This document shows, in pieces, positions 10,775-19,944 of a DNA stretch of 32,823 bases (its first letter is position 1; every line of letters begins with the position of its first letter). Where the stretch lies: contig JBIKQY010000001.1 of NCBI GenBank assembly GCA_044349465.1, positions 1 through 32,823 of the forward strand, written 5' to 3'. Source of the stretch: Limnohabitans sp. GTDB lineage: Bacteria; Pseudomonadota; Gammaproteobacteria; Burkholderiales; Burkholderiaceae_C. The position numbers and the translations under genes were made by a program. The notes beneath the pieces were generated by a model. That model was not told where the DNA came from. It did no database searches and saw only the letters and a list, made by a program, of their open reading frames with translations.

Positions 10775-11994
10775 AAATTTTGCTCATTCACCAAAATTTT
10801 CCAGGCCAATTTCGGGGCTTGGTGCCCGAGCTGATCTCGGCGGGGCATGACGTGCGTGCCATCTCCATGCGGCAGGAAACGGTTTTGGCCGGGGTGCCTA
10901 ATACGCCATACAAGCCTTCGCGCAGCAATGGCAAGGATACGCACCCTTGGCTTGTCAATACCGAGACCGCCGTGCTGCGCGGCGAAGCTGTGGCGAGTGT
11001 GGTGCGCAGCATGCAGACTTCGGGTTGGGTGCCTGATGTGGTGCTGGGACACACCGGTTGGGGCGAAATGTTGTATCTGCGCCAAGCGGCGCCCGGGGCG
11101 CGATTGCTCGGGTTTTGCGAGCTGTATTACCAAGCCGAGGGTGGGGATGTGGGCTTTGACCCTGAATTCCCGCCCCCTCCACGATTGGCCGAGCGGCTGC
11201 AAACGCGCAACATGCACCTGGCATCGAGTCTGCTCAGCTGCGATGTGGGCATCACGCCCACCCAATGGCAGGCCAGCTGTTTTGTACCTGCTTTGCGTGA
11301 GCGCCTGCGCGTGATCCACGATGGCATCGAAACCGATCGACTGGTGCCCGATGCCAGCGCTTGGATTAGCCTTTCACGGGATGGGCTGAGGCTGAAGGCG
11401 GGGGACGAAGTGGTGACCTTCGTCAACCGCAACTTGGAGCCGATGCGTGGTTACCACCAGTTCATGCGGGCCTTGCCGCTCATTTTGTCCGAGCGCCCAA
11501 ATGCGCGCGTGGTGATTGTGGGCGGTGACGGCGTGAGCTATGGCAGCCAGCACGGCAGCGGCGAAAGTTTTAAAAACATTTACCTCAACGAGGTGCGCGA
11601 TCAGCTTGATTTGTCTCGGGTGCATTTTGTCAACCGCGTCCCTTACAAGGTGTTGCTGTCGCTGTTGCGTGTGTCGGCTGCGCACATTTACCTGACGGTG
11701 CCGTTTGTGTTGAGTTGGTCCATGTTGGAGGCGATGAGTCTGGGGGCTTTGGTGATTGGGTCGGATACAGCGCCTGTGCGTGAGGTGATTGAGCACGGCA
11801 AGAACGGGCTGCTGGTGGATTTTTTCGACCCGCAGCAATTGGGCCGGATGGTGTGCGATGTGCTGGCTGAGCCTGCGCGCTATGCCCACTTGCGCGAGGC
11901 TGCACGCCAAACGGTGGTGGACCGTTACGATTTTAAAACCCGCGCCTTGCCCGCCTATTTGGCATTGATTGAAGGAGGCCCCGAGGCCTTGTGA
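10771..11994 (+). CDS. Glycosyltransferase family 4 with HQNFPGQ-type (Glyco_trans_4_3/DUF3495-like) N-terminal domain
   Basis: TTG start overlaps the upstream TGA (TTGA) and follows an AAGGGGA RBS. Motifs [44 protein letters not shown]. Confidence 0.88.
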   Translation: MKILLIHQNFPGQFRGLVPELISAGHDVRAISMRQETVLAGVPNTPYKPSRSNGKDTHPWLVNTETAVLRGEAVASVVRSMQTSGWVPDVVLGHTGWGEMLYLRQAAPGARLLGFCELYYQAEGGDVGFDPEFPPPPRLAERLQTRNMHLASSLLSCDVGITPTQWQASCFVPALRERLRVIHDGIETDRLVPDASAWISLSRDGLRLKAGDEVVTFVNRNLEPMRGYHQFMRALPLILSERPNARVVIVGGDGVSYGSQHGSGESFKNIYLNEVRDQLDLSRVHFVNRVPYKVLLSLLRVSAAHIYLTVPFVLSWSMLEAMSLGALVIGSDTAPVREVIEHGKNGLLVDFFDPQQLGRMVCDVLAEPARYAHLREAARQTVVDRYDFKTRALPAYLALIEGGPEAL

Positions 11995-12112
11995 TTCCCC
12001 AGCACCTTCTTGAAAACCCCCGGTGCTTTGTGCGAAACACCGGTGAACATTCCAAAGCCCTGATTGTCTTGAGTGCCGCTGGGCTTGTTGTGGAGCTGGG
12101 CAACTTTGTGGC

Positions 12113-13864
12113 CTATGCCACACGCACCAAACCCGTTTTGATGAGCCAGCCGAGGTGCCGAAGCACTGGCGGTGTTTCTGTGTTGTAGGTGCTCCAGCTG
12201 GACCATGTCAGGCCCTGGGGCGCTTGGGCCACTTGGTGGAGCAGTTGGTGCAAGTGAGCTTTGTCCAGTTCTTTTTTGATCCCGGCATAGACAGGCCGCT
12301 CCAGCTGTTGCGTGAGGGTTTTCTCGCAGGCCTGAAAATCGGTTGGCATTAAGGGACCGGGCATCAAGGTCACTGTGGCTGCCAGAGTGTGGGTCGGGTA
12401 GTGCGAGAACGAATGAAAGGGATCGCTGCGTCTCGGATGGCGAAGGCCCCAATGGGGGCCAGACGGTTGGTCATTGGTGTGCCAATTGCTTACTTGATGC
12501 GCTTGCTGGCGCACGCGCGCCAACTCCTCAAAAAGTGCCATGTACTGGGGAATAAGACGTTCCCAATCGTACTCATTGCGGGCGCGTTGCTGACCGGCTT
12601 GGCCCATGCGTTGGCGCAATATCGGATCACTGGCCAGCTGGGCGTAAGCCTTAGCGGCCTGCGCGATGTCCAGGCCAATGAATGCGCTGGCCCGACTGAC
12701 ATAGTCGCGGTAGTTGATCGTCACATCGGCGTGTCCATCTACAAGGTCGATGCCCTCACCAGCGGCCGGCTGCCAAGTGCGGATGCGCATGCCGTCAATG
12801 CCATCGCGTACCGATTCCCGGTAGCCGTCATAGTCACTCACCACCACGGGCAAACCAGCGGCCATGGCTTCAATAGGGGTCAGGCCAAAGGTTTCCTGGA
12901 TGTTGTCGACCAAACTGGTGAACAGGTCAGCGGCGTGCCACACGCCTTGCCTGGCTTCAGGTGTTCGGCCATCTTCAAACACCACACGCACATCGGGGCA
13001 GACTTGGGCGACGGCGGCGCGCAGATGGGTTTCGTCCCATTCGCTGGCAAACCACCCGGCCAGCACCAAGTGAAGTCGGGGGCCGTTTTCAGCCTGCAGT
13101 TGCTGCGCGGCCAATTGCAGGGCGTCCAGCATAGGTAATAAATTGGCCTTGGTACGCAAGTCAAGGCGACCCATGTACAGAACGCAGACATCCCGGTCGC
13201 TCAGCGCCCATTGCTGACGCCAGCGTGCGCGGTGTTGGGCCTTGTCAGCCGCAGGCAGATCCAATGCAGCGCAGTCAACCCCCAGTGGCAGCACGGGCAG
13301 TGGGGGGCTTTGTACGCGGGTGGCGCCTAGGTGTTCGCGCAGCCAGGCGGCTTCGTCATCCAGCAGCCGTTGCACCATGGTTTGCACCGAGACGCTGGGG
13401 CAGATTTGTGCATCCCAGGGGTAAACCGGGGCGGTGAGCATATTGGCCAGGCCATCTTGAATGGACAGTTCGCAGCTGGTGTGGGTCATGCCCACGATGC
13501 TGAAATCGGTGGCGCTCGCTTGCTCATTGCGTCGGCGCATCCAGGCCAGGTCGGCTACTTGAGGGCCTGGTGCATAAAGTGTCCCAACGCTGCGTATGCG
13601 GTGGATCTGCTGCTGCGCAATCCATCGGTAGACCGGTTTGGCCTTGTGCCCTTGATGAACGTGCTCTCCAATGCGGGCAAATACCTGCGCCTCGTCGCGA
13701 AACCGGGCCATGCACCAGAACTCGGCGTGGCCACTGTGCCGAAACCAAGAGGTCAGAAAGCCCTCGTTGGCCGACTGCCGGCCCATGAGTGTGGGCCCCG
13801 AGGTGCTGTAGCTGTCCTTGGCCGGGATGCGAATGACGCAATTGGGCTGGGTGGCTGTGTTCAT
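12113..13864 (-). CDS. Glycosyltransferase family 4 (GT-B), paralog of 9080..10774
   Basis: Start reset to ATG 13864 (ATGA overlap with the GT8 stop). [44 protein letters not shown]. Confidence 0.9.
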   Translation of the reverse strand: MNTATQPNCVIRIPAKDSYSTSGPTLMGRQSANEGFLTSWFRHSGHAEFWCMARFRDEAQVFARIGEHVHQGHKAKPVYRWIAQQQIHRIRSVGTLYAPGPQVADLAWMRRRNEQASATDFSIVGMTHTSCELSIQDGLANMLTAPVYPWDAQICPSVSVQTMVQRLLDDEAAWLREHLGATRVQSPPLPVLPLGVDCAALDLPAADKAQHRARWRQQWALSDRDVCVLYMGRLDLRTKANLLPMLDALQLAAQQLQAENGPRLHLVLAGWFASEWDETHLRAAVAQVCPDVRVVFEDGRTPEARQGVWHAADLFTSLVDNIQETFGLTPIEAMAAGLPVVVSDYDGYRESVRDGIDGMRIRTWQPAAGEGIDLVDGHADVTINYRDYVSRASAFIGLDIAQAAKAYAQLASDPILRQRMGQAGQQRARNEYDWERLIPQYMALFEELARVRQQAHQVSNWHTNDQPSGPHWGLRHPRRSDPFHSFSHYPTHTLAATVTLMPGPLMPTDFQACEKTLTQQLERPVYAGIKKELDKAHLHQLLHQVAQAPQGLTWSSWSTYNTETPPVLRHLGWLIKTGLVRVA

Positions 13865-14775
13865 GCGGTTGGGCCTAGGCGTTCCACACTCGGGACGACG
13901 CGCGCATGGCTGTGGCCCGTATGGATTTTTTGCAAATAAGACATGGGTTGCGCCACGAAACGGCTGATGTCGGGAATGTGCTGGGTGTAGCGCCAAAAGC
14001 ACAGGTCAGCGGGACTGAATTTTCCCGACAAGGGTTTGACCTTTCCCGAATAATGCAGAACTTGGCCTTCCAGTTTGTCCAAAGGTTCAAAGCAACGGCC
14101 AAACATGAGGTTGACTTGGCGGTTGAACTGCGGAGGCATACGTTGGATGCGACCGCGAAACACGTCGTTGAGCAGGCCTTGATCCAGATGTGTGACTTTC
14201 GGATGGCGCGCTGAAAAGGCGGGTAATTCGGCCAGCAGGTCTTGGGCTATCAGCGCAGGACGCATCACCAGCACACCAGCGTTCACGTAGTCGGCCGCTG
14301 CCAGGTTCAGGGCATGCAGGTCGGTGCGCCCCCCTGCGAAGGACGCAAACAGGTCGTCATGTACAGCGGCCAGCGGGTGATCGTGCGTTTGGGCCTGCAA
14401 CCATTGGCCAAATTGCGCCAGATCGAACCCATGGAACACGATGTCAGCATCCAGATACACCAGCCAAGGCAAATGGGGCAACAAGCGCGGCAGGATCAGT
14501 CGGTAAGCCGTGGCCACACTGAAATGACGGAAGTCGAGTGCGCTCAGCGATTCAATGGTCGGAACTGCATGCAACTCAAGACGATGACCGTAATGCGACA
14601 CGATTTGCCCGAGGACCTGCCGGGCTTCGTCGCTCAATGTCTCATCGTGCAGCAGGTGCACCACCACCGGCACGCTGGTGTGCTGGCACACCGACGTCAC
14701 CGTCACAGCCACATATGGCCAGTAAGTGCCGTGGCGGTCATGCAAAGCCAGTGCGATGTGGGTGGTGTCAGACAT
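13861..14775 (-). CDS. Glycosyltransferase family 8 (GT-A)
   Basis: YRL, YLDAD (DxD), NAGVLV, DQGLLN and HYSGKVKP, the typical GT8 motif order. Confidence 0.88.
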   Translation of the reverse strand: MSDTTHIALALHDRHGTYWPYVAVTVTSVCQHTSVPVVVHLLHDETLSDEARQVLGQIVSHYGHRLELHAVPTIESLSALDFRHFSVATAYRLILPRLLPHLPWLVYLDADIVFHGFDLAQFGQWLQAQTHDHPLAAVHDDLFASFAGGRTDLHALNLAAADYVNAGVLVMRPALIAQDLLAELPAFSARHPKVTHLDQGLLNDVFRGRIQRMPPQFNRQVNLMFGRCFEPLDKLEGQVLHYSGKVKPLSGKFSPADLCFWRYTQHIPDISRFVAQPMSYLQKIHTGHSHARVVPSVERLGPTA

Positions 14776-15580
14776 GTTGGGGTTGATGATTGTTCAACAG
14801 GTCGTTGCCTAAGCACGCTAATTCCGCCTCGTCAAACCCCGCCAGCCGCCGCGCCGCCATGTTGAATGGCGGGCGCAGTTTGGGGGCGTCGTATTGCGCG
14901 ATCAACTCAGCGTAGGTGCGCACCGGGTCCAAGCCGCGCTGTTCGCACAGATGGCGGTACCAGCGGTTGCCTGCGGCCACATGACCGATTTCGTCTTCCA
15001 GGATGATGTCCAGGATCTCGCCCGCCCGGTGGTCGCCCACGCTGACCAGTTTGTTTTTCACGCCCGGTGAGGCGTCCAGGCCCCGCGCCTCCATGGTGCG
15101 TGGCACGATGCCGATGCGGGCGAGGATGTCATCCTTGGTGCGCTCGGCCATGTCCCACAAGGTGTTGTGGGCCGGAAAGTCGCCGTAGTCAAAACCCAAG
15201 TCCAACAAGTGCTGGCGCAGCAGGCTGAAGTGTTTGGCTTCCTCTTGGGCAATGCGCACCCAGTCGGTGTAAAAAGCCTCGGGCATGCCCGCAAAGCGCC
15301 AAACGACATCCAAGGCCAGGTCGATGGCGTTGAGCTCGATGTGGGCGATCGAGTGCACCAGCATGGCCCGGCCCTCGGGCGTGGCCATGGATTTGGCTTT
15401 GAGCTGGGTGTGCGGCACCAGCTGCGGGCGGGCGGCGCGGCCGGGGCCAGCCGTGGGGGCGCTCAGGCTGTCGTTCGCGCCCACGGGCAGGCTCAGGTCC
15501 AATGCCAAAGTGGCCTTGGCCTTCAGGTTCGGGTCGGTTTGCGCCCAAGGGAGCAGGGCGGCGGTGCGCAGGGTGTGCAT
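14768..15580 (-). CDS. Ferritin-like domain protein (DUF455 family)
   Basis: HSIAHIELNAIDLA, EEAKHF, YGDFPAH, MEARGLD, DEIGHV (di-metal ExxH motifs). Start reset to ATG 15580. Confidence 0.88.
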   Translation of the reverse strand: MHTLRTAALLPWAQTDPNLKAKATLALDLSLPVGANDSLSAPTAGPGRAARPQLVPHTQLKAKSMATPEGRAMLVHSIAHIELNAIDLALDVVWRFAGMPEAFYTDWVRIAQEEAKHFSLLRQHLLDLGFDYGDFPAHNTLWDMAERTKDDILARIGIVPRTMEARGLDASPGVKNKLVSVGDHRAGEILDIILEDEIGHVAAGNRWYRHLCEQRGLDPVRTYAELIAQYDAPKLRPPFNMAARRLAGFDEAELACLGNDLLNNHQPQHV

Positions 15581-15619
15581 GGTGATCGGTGACTGCGCCC
15601 ACGGCTTGTGGTGGGCATC

Positions 15620-15633
15620 CCTACAATTGTAGG
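15620..15633. promoter_or_regulatory. Perfect 14-bp palindrome CCTACAATTGTAGG giving a TACAAT -10 hexamer on both strands
   Basis: Seen directly, in the 85-bp gap between the divergent DUF455 and gamma-CA genes. Confidence 0.55.
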
Positions 15634-15665
15634 TTTTCAAAACCCAACACCGACAGGAGAGACCC

Positions 15666-16190
15666 ATGGCCCTTTACCAACTGGATGATCAAAGCCCCGA
15701 TGTAGCCGACAGCGCCTGGGTGGCCGATAACGCGCAGGTCATGGGCGCTGTCAAGATCGCGGCCGACGCCAGCATCTGGTTTGGCGTGACGGTGCGCGGG
15801 GACACCGAGACCATCGAAATTGGCGAAGGCAGCAACATCCAGGACGGCAGCGTGATGCACGCCGACCACGGCAAACCGATCAAGGTGGGCAAGCACGTCA
15901 CGGTGGGCCACATGGTCATGCTGCACGGCTGCACGATTGGCGACGAGTCGCTGATCGGCATTGGCGCGGTGGTGCTCAACGGTGCCAAAATTGGCAAGAA
16001 CTGTCTGGTGGGGGCGGGTTCGCTGGTGACCGAGGGCAAGGAGTTTCCCGATGGCTCCATGATCATGGGCACGCCCGCCAAGGTGGTGCGTGAATTGAGC
16101 CCCGAGCAGATCGAAGGCTTGCGCCAAAGTGCCCGCCATTACGTGGAAAACGCCCGCCGTTTCAAGACGGGCCTGAAAAAAATCAGCTGA
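15666..16190 (+). CDS. Gamma carbonic anhydrase family protein (YrdA/PaaY-like)
   Basis: Hexapeptide repeats, [24 protein letters not shown] (three Zn-binding His). RBS AGGAG. Confidence 0.93.
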   Translation: MALYQLDDQSPDVADSAWVADNAQVMGAVKIAADASIWFGVTVRGDTETIEIGEGSNIQDGSVMHADHGKPIKVGKHVTVGHMVMLHGCTIGDESLIGIGAVVLNGAKIGKNCLVGAGSLVTEGKEFPDGSMIMGTPAKVVRELSPEQIEGLRQSARHYVENARRFKTGLKKIS

Positions 16191-16224
16191 CATTTCGGAT
16201 GATTTTTTGACCAGTCCAAACGCT

Positions 16225-16250
16225 TTTAAACTTTTGAGGATCGGCCCCAC
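16225..16250 (+). promoter_or_regulatory. Putative sigma-32 promoter of hslO
   Basis: TTTAAA-N14-CCCCAC, one mismatch per box from TTGAAA-N14-CCCCAT, 18 bp upstream of a known heat-shock gene. Confidence 0.45.
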
Positions 16251-16268
16251 GGGGCTGTCGATTGAACC

Positions 16269-17255
16269 TTGTCCGAACTCCATAAATTCATTTTCGAAGG
16301 CCTGCCGGTGCGCGGCATGCTGGTGCGCCTGACCGACGCTTGGCAAGACATTTTGGCGCGCCGCGCTGCCAACTCCGAGACGGGTGCTTACCCCGCGCCC
16401 GTGCGCCAGTTGCTGGGCGAAATGGCCGCAGCGGGCGTGCTCATGCAGGGCAACATCAAGTTCAACGGCGCTTTGGTGCTGCAGATTTTTGGCGATGGCC
16501 CGGTGAAATTGGGTGTGGTCGAGGTGCAACCGGATTTGAGCCTGCGCGCCACCTGCACCCAGGTGGGCGAGGTGACCGACGACGCGACGCTCAGCCAGAT
16601 GGTCAACGTGAACAACGAAGGCCGCTGCGCCATCACCCTCGACCCGCAAGACCGTTTGCCGGGCCAGCAGCCCTACCAGGGCGTGGTGCCGCTGTTTGGC
16701 GACCGGGGCGAAAAGCTGGAGAACATCAGCGAGGTGTTGGAGCACTACATGCTGCAGTCGGAGCAACTGGACACCGTTCTGGTGCTGGCGGCCGACGACA
16801 AGGTGGCCGCGGGCTTGCTGATTCAGCGTCTGCCCATCGAAGGCGAGGGCAATCTGGCCGGTCAAACCGATTCACTCCTGCGCGAATCGGTGTTGGGTCA
16901 GAGCGAAGACTTCAGCCGCATTTCGATTCTGACCAAAAGCCTCAAGCGCGAAGAGTTATTGAGGCTGGACGCTGAAACCATCCTGCACCGCCTGTATTGG
17001 GAAGAGCCGTTGGCGCGTTTTGAGCCCTTCATCGGCGAGACGGGTCCGCGCTTTGCTTGCCGCTGCAACCGCGAACGCGTGGGCCGCATGATCCGCAGCT
17101 TGGGCAGCGAAGAGGTCGAAGGCATCATCGCCGAGCAGGGCCAGGTGGAAGTGGGCTGCGACTTTTGTGGTGCGCAATACCGCTTTGATCCGGTGGATGC
17201 GGCCGCCTTGTTTACCGGTTTGCCACCCGATTTGCCCGCTGGTTCGGTGCACTGA
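16269..17255 (+). CDS. hslO: Hsp33 redox-regulated chaperone HslO
   Basis: PYQGVVPL, HYMLQSEQL, zinc-switch CRC...CDFC. TTG start. Confidence 0.94.
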   Translation: MSELHKFIFEGLPVRGMLVRLTDAWQDILARRAANSETGAYPAPVRQLLGEMAAAGVLMQGNIKFNGALVLQIFGDGPVKLGVVEVQPDLSLRATCTQVGEVTDDATLSQMVNVNNEGRCAITLDPQDRLPGQQPYQGVVPLFGDRGEKLENISEVLEHYMLQSEQLDTVLVLAADDKVAAGLLIQRLPIEGEGNLAGQTDSLLRESVLGQSEDFSRISILTKSLKREELLRLDAETILHRLYWEEPLARFEPFIGETGPRFACRCNRERVGRMIRSLGSEEVEGIIAEQGQVEVGCDFCGAQYRFDPVDAAALFTGLPPDLPAGSVH

Positions 17256-17274
17256 GCGCAGTCTTGTGCATTTT

Positions 17275-17373
17275 GTAGGTCGATGCCTTCAGGCCCGACA
17301 AAGTGCACCGCAATACTTCGAAAATGTCGCTTAGCGATGTGAAGAGGTGTCGGACCGTGAAGGTACGACCCAC
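17275..17373. repeat. Inverted REP doublet (REPIN-like)
   Basis: GTAGGTCGATGCCTTCAGGCCCGAC at 17275-17299 (+) and GTGGGTCGTACCTTCACGGTCCGAC at 17373-17349 (-). Each is a GTRG foot plus an imperfect hairpin; 49-bp spacer. Confidence 0.7.
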
Positions 17374-17443
17374 AGCTGATTCTCAGGTCACCATCAACAG
17401 AACGTCGTCCAGACAAACCAGTTGCTGACCTGTCACCCAATCA

Positions 17444-17477
17444 AACTCAACAGCGCAGTCAAAGACGCCGTTGAGTT
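17444..17477 (-). terminator. Hairpin after the acyl-CoA dehydrogenase stop, possible terminator
   Basis: On the minus strand AACTCAACGGCG...CGCTGTTGAGTT; only a weak U tail. Confidence 0.4.
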
Positions 17478-17493
17478 GGGATGGATGGGGTGA

Positions 17494-18753
17494 TCAGCTG
17501 CCGCGCGTGACGGGCATGCGGACGTCGCCTGGCAAAGCCAATTGCTTGGCCAGTTCCAGTTTGGCCAGCGAGTTGCGGTGCACCTCGTCCGGACCGTCGG
17601 CCAGGCGCAAGGTGCGCTGGTGGGCGTAAGCATAGGCCAGAGGGAAGTCTTGCGACACACCGCCACCGCCGTGGGCTTGAATGGCCCAGTCGATGATCTG
17701 GCAGGCCATGTTGGGGGCCACGATCTTGATCATGGCGATTTCGGCCTTGGCGACTTTGTTGCCCACGGTGTCCATCATGTGCGCGGCCTTGAGTGTGAGC
17801 AGGCGGGCCTGCTCGATCATGCAGCGGGACTCGGCGATGCGCTCTTGCCACACGGTTTGGCGAGCCACTTCGCGGCCAAAGGCCACCCGCTCGTTCAGGC
17901 GTTTGCACATCAGCTCGAGGGCGCGCTCGGCAATACCGATGGTGCGCATGCAGTGGTGAATGCGGCCAGGTCCGAGGCGGCCTTGGGCGATTTCAAAGCC
18001 ACGGCCTTCGCCCAGCAAAATGTTCTCTGCGGGCACACGCACGTTTTTGAGCACCACTTCCATGTGGCCGTGCGGCGCATCGTCGTAACCAAAAACCGAC
18101 AAGGCGCGCACCACGGTGATGCCGGGCGAGTTAGCGGGCACCACAATCATGGATTGCTGCTCGTGGCGACCGGCATCGGGGTTGGTCTTGCCCATCACGA
18201 TGTAGACCGCGCAACGTGGGTCACCTGCGCCGGACGACCACCACTTGCGGCCGTTGATGACGTAGTCGTTGCCGTCGCGGCGGATCTCGCACTCGATGTT
18301 GGTGGCGTCTGAAGAGGCCACATCGGGCTCGGTCATCAAGAAGGCCGAGCGGATTTCACCGCGCAGCAGGGGCTCGAGCCAGGTGTCTTTGAGCTCTTCG
18401 CTGGCGTAGCGCTCCAGTGTTTCCATGTTGCCGGTGTCGGGTGCCGAGCAGTTGAAGATTTCAGCTGCAAAGGGCACGCGACCCATGATCTCGCACAGCG
18501 GCGCGTATTCGAGGTTGGACAAGCCTTGGGGCGCGCGGGTCGACTTGGGCAAAAACAGGTTCCACAAACCAGCGGCCAGCGCCTTGGGCTTGAGTTCCTC
18601 GACAATTTTGGTGGGCACCCAGGCATTGCCTTTGGCACGGTTTTCGGCGATCTCTTCGAAGAATCTTGCCTCGTTGGGGTAAATGTGCTCGTCCATGAAG
18701 GCCAACAAACGGGCCTGCATGTCTTTGACCTTGGGGGTGTATTCAAAATCCAT
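17494..18753 (-). CDS. Acyl-CoA dehydrogenase (ACAD10/ACAD11/LvaC-like)
   Basis: [58 protein letters not shown]. Confidence 0.93.
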   Translation of the reverse strand: MDFEYTPKVKDMQARLLAFMDEHIYPNEARFFEEIAENRAKGNAWVPTKIVEELKPKALAAGLWNLFLPKSTRAPQGLSNLEYAPLCEIMGRVPFAAEIFNCSAPDTGNMETLERYASEELKDTWLEPLLRGEIRSAFLMTEPDVASSDATNIECEIRRDGNDYVINGRKWWSSGAGDPRCAVYIVMGKTNPDAGRHEQQSMIVVPANSPGITVVRALSVFGYDDAPHGHMEVVLKNVRVPAENILLGEGRGFEIAQGRLGPGRIHHCMRTIGIAERALELMCKRLNERVAFGREVARQTVWQERIAESRCMIEQARLLTLKAAHMMDTVGNKVAKAEIAMIKIVAPNMACQIIDWAIQAHGGGGVSQDFPLAYAYAHQRTLRLADGPDEVHRNSLAKLELAKQLALPGDVRMPVTRGS

Positions 18754-18794
18754 GGTCTTTCTCCTGGGGTTGTGGTTCGGGGGGTAAAAAAAGT

Positions 18795-19880
18795 TCAGGC
18801 TTTGCAGGCAAAACGCCAGGCCAACTCGGCCATGGGTTTGGCACCCGCGCCCGATGTTTTGGCTTGCTCGCTCGAGGCCGTGCCGTCTTCGACGCGTTTG
18901 GCAATGCCTTGCAAGATGGCCGCGATGCGGAACATGTTGTAGGCGAGGTAAAAGTTCCAGTCTTTCGCCAGCGCTTCAGGGGTGGTGAAGCCCGTGCGCT
19001 CGCAATAGCGGCGGATGTACTCGGACTCTGACGGGATGCCCAGGCTGGCCAGGTCGAGCCCGCCAATGCCCCGGAAGGTGCCGGGGCTGATGTGCCAGGC
19101 CATGCAGTGGTAGCTGAAGTCGGCCAGTGGGTGGCCCAGCGTGGACAGCTCCCAGTCGAGCACCGCCAGCACACGTGCCTCGGTGGGGTGGAACATCAGG
19201 TTGTCCAGGCGGTAGTCGCCATGCACGATGCCAACCAGGGACTCGTCTTTGGCGCTGTCCGGAATGTTTTTGGGCAGCCACTCGATCAGCTGGTCCATCT
19301 CGGGGATGGGCTGGGTGACAGACGCCGCGAACTGTTTGCTCCAGCGGCCAATCTGGCGCTCAATGTAGTTGCCAGGTTTGCCGTAGCTGGACAGGCCTTG
19401 CTTGGCGACATCGACCTTGTGCAGGGCGGCCAGCACGCGGTTCATTTCGTCGTAAATGGCACCGCGCTCTGCAGGTGTCATGCCAGGCAGGGACTGGTCC
19501 CACAGCACGCGGCCTTGCACGAACTCCATGACGTAAAAGGCGCGGCCGATGACGGATTCGTCGTCACACAGCACATGCATCTGGGCCACGGGCACATCGG
19601 TGCCGTGCAGGCCTTGCATCACGGCAAATTCGCGCTCGATGGCGTGGGCCGATGGCAGCAACTTGGCCACCGGACCGGGTTTGGCCCGCATCACGTATTG
19701 GCGCGAGGGGGTGATGAGTTTGTAGGTGGGGTTGGACTGGCCGCCCTTGAACATTTCCACGCTCAGGGGGCCTGCAAAGCCGGGGAGTTTGGCACTGAGC
19801 CAGGCTTCCAGGGCTGGGATGTCGAAGGCGTGAGAACCCGTGACAGGCCGGGTCCCCACGAAATGGTCAAAAGCACTCAT
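18795..19880 (-). CDS. APH-family phosphotransferase (ACAD10/11 kinase domain, LvaA-like)
   Basis: [43 protein letters not shown]. Confidence 0.9.
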   Translation of the reverse strand: MSAFDHFVGTRPVTGSHAFDIPALEAWLSAKLPGFAGPLSVEMFKGGQSNPTYKLITPSRQYVMRAKPGPVAKLLPSAHAIEREFAVMQGLHGTDVPVAQMHVLCDDESVIGRAFYVMEFVQGRVLWDQSLPGMTPAERGAIYDEMNRVLAALHKVDVAKQGLSSYGKPGNYIERQIGRWSKQFAASVTQPIPEMDQLIEWLPKNIPDSAKDESLVGIVHGDYRLDNLMFHPTEARVLAVLDWELSTLGHPLADFSYHCMAWHISPGTFRGIGGLDLASLGIPSESEYIRRYCERTGFTTPEALAKDWNFYLAYNMFRIAAILQGIAKRVEDGTASSEQAKTSGAGAKPMAELAWRFACKA

Positions 19881-19944
19881 GGGGTTACCCGTCGAAAATC
19901 AAAAGCCGCTGCGGTCAGCGGCGATAGGATGGAAATGTGGCGTG

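Noticed and set aside
9020-12111. CCACAAAAAGTTG (9020-9032) and CAACTTTGTGG (12101-12111) as inverted terminal repeats around the first GT pair
   Set aside because: Short, gapped match with no target-site duplication or transposase; compatible with chance.
11991-12188. 65-aa ORF starting at the stop of the second GT, as a possible peptide substrate
   Set aside because: It overlaps the convergent GT by 76 bp and has no recognisable motif or Ser/Thr-rich core; no support for translation.
4328-14002. N-terminal extensions in the ORF track for queG (4328), amiC (4395), GT (10498) and GT (14002)
   Set aside because: They overlap neighbouring genes by more than 100 bp; downstream starts have coupling overlaps or promoter/RBS support.
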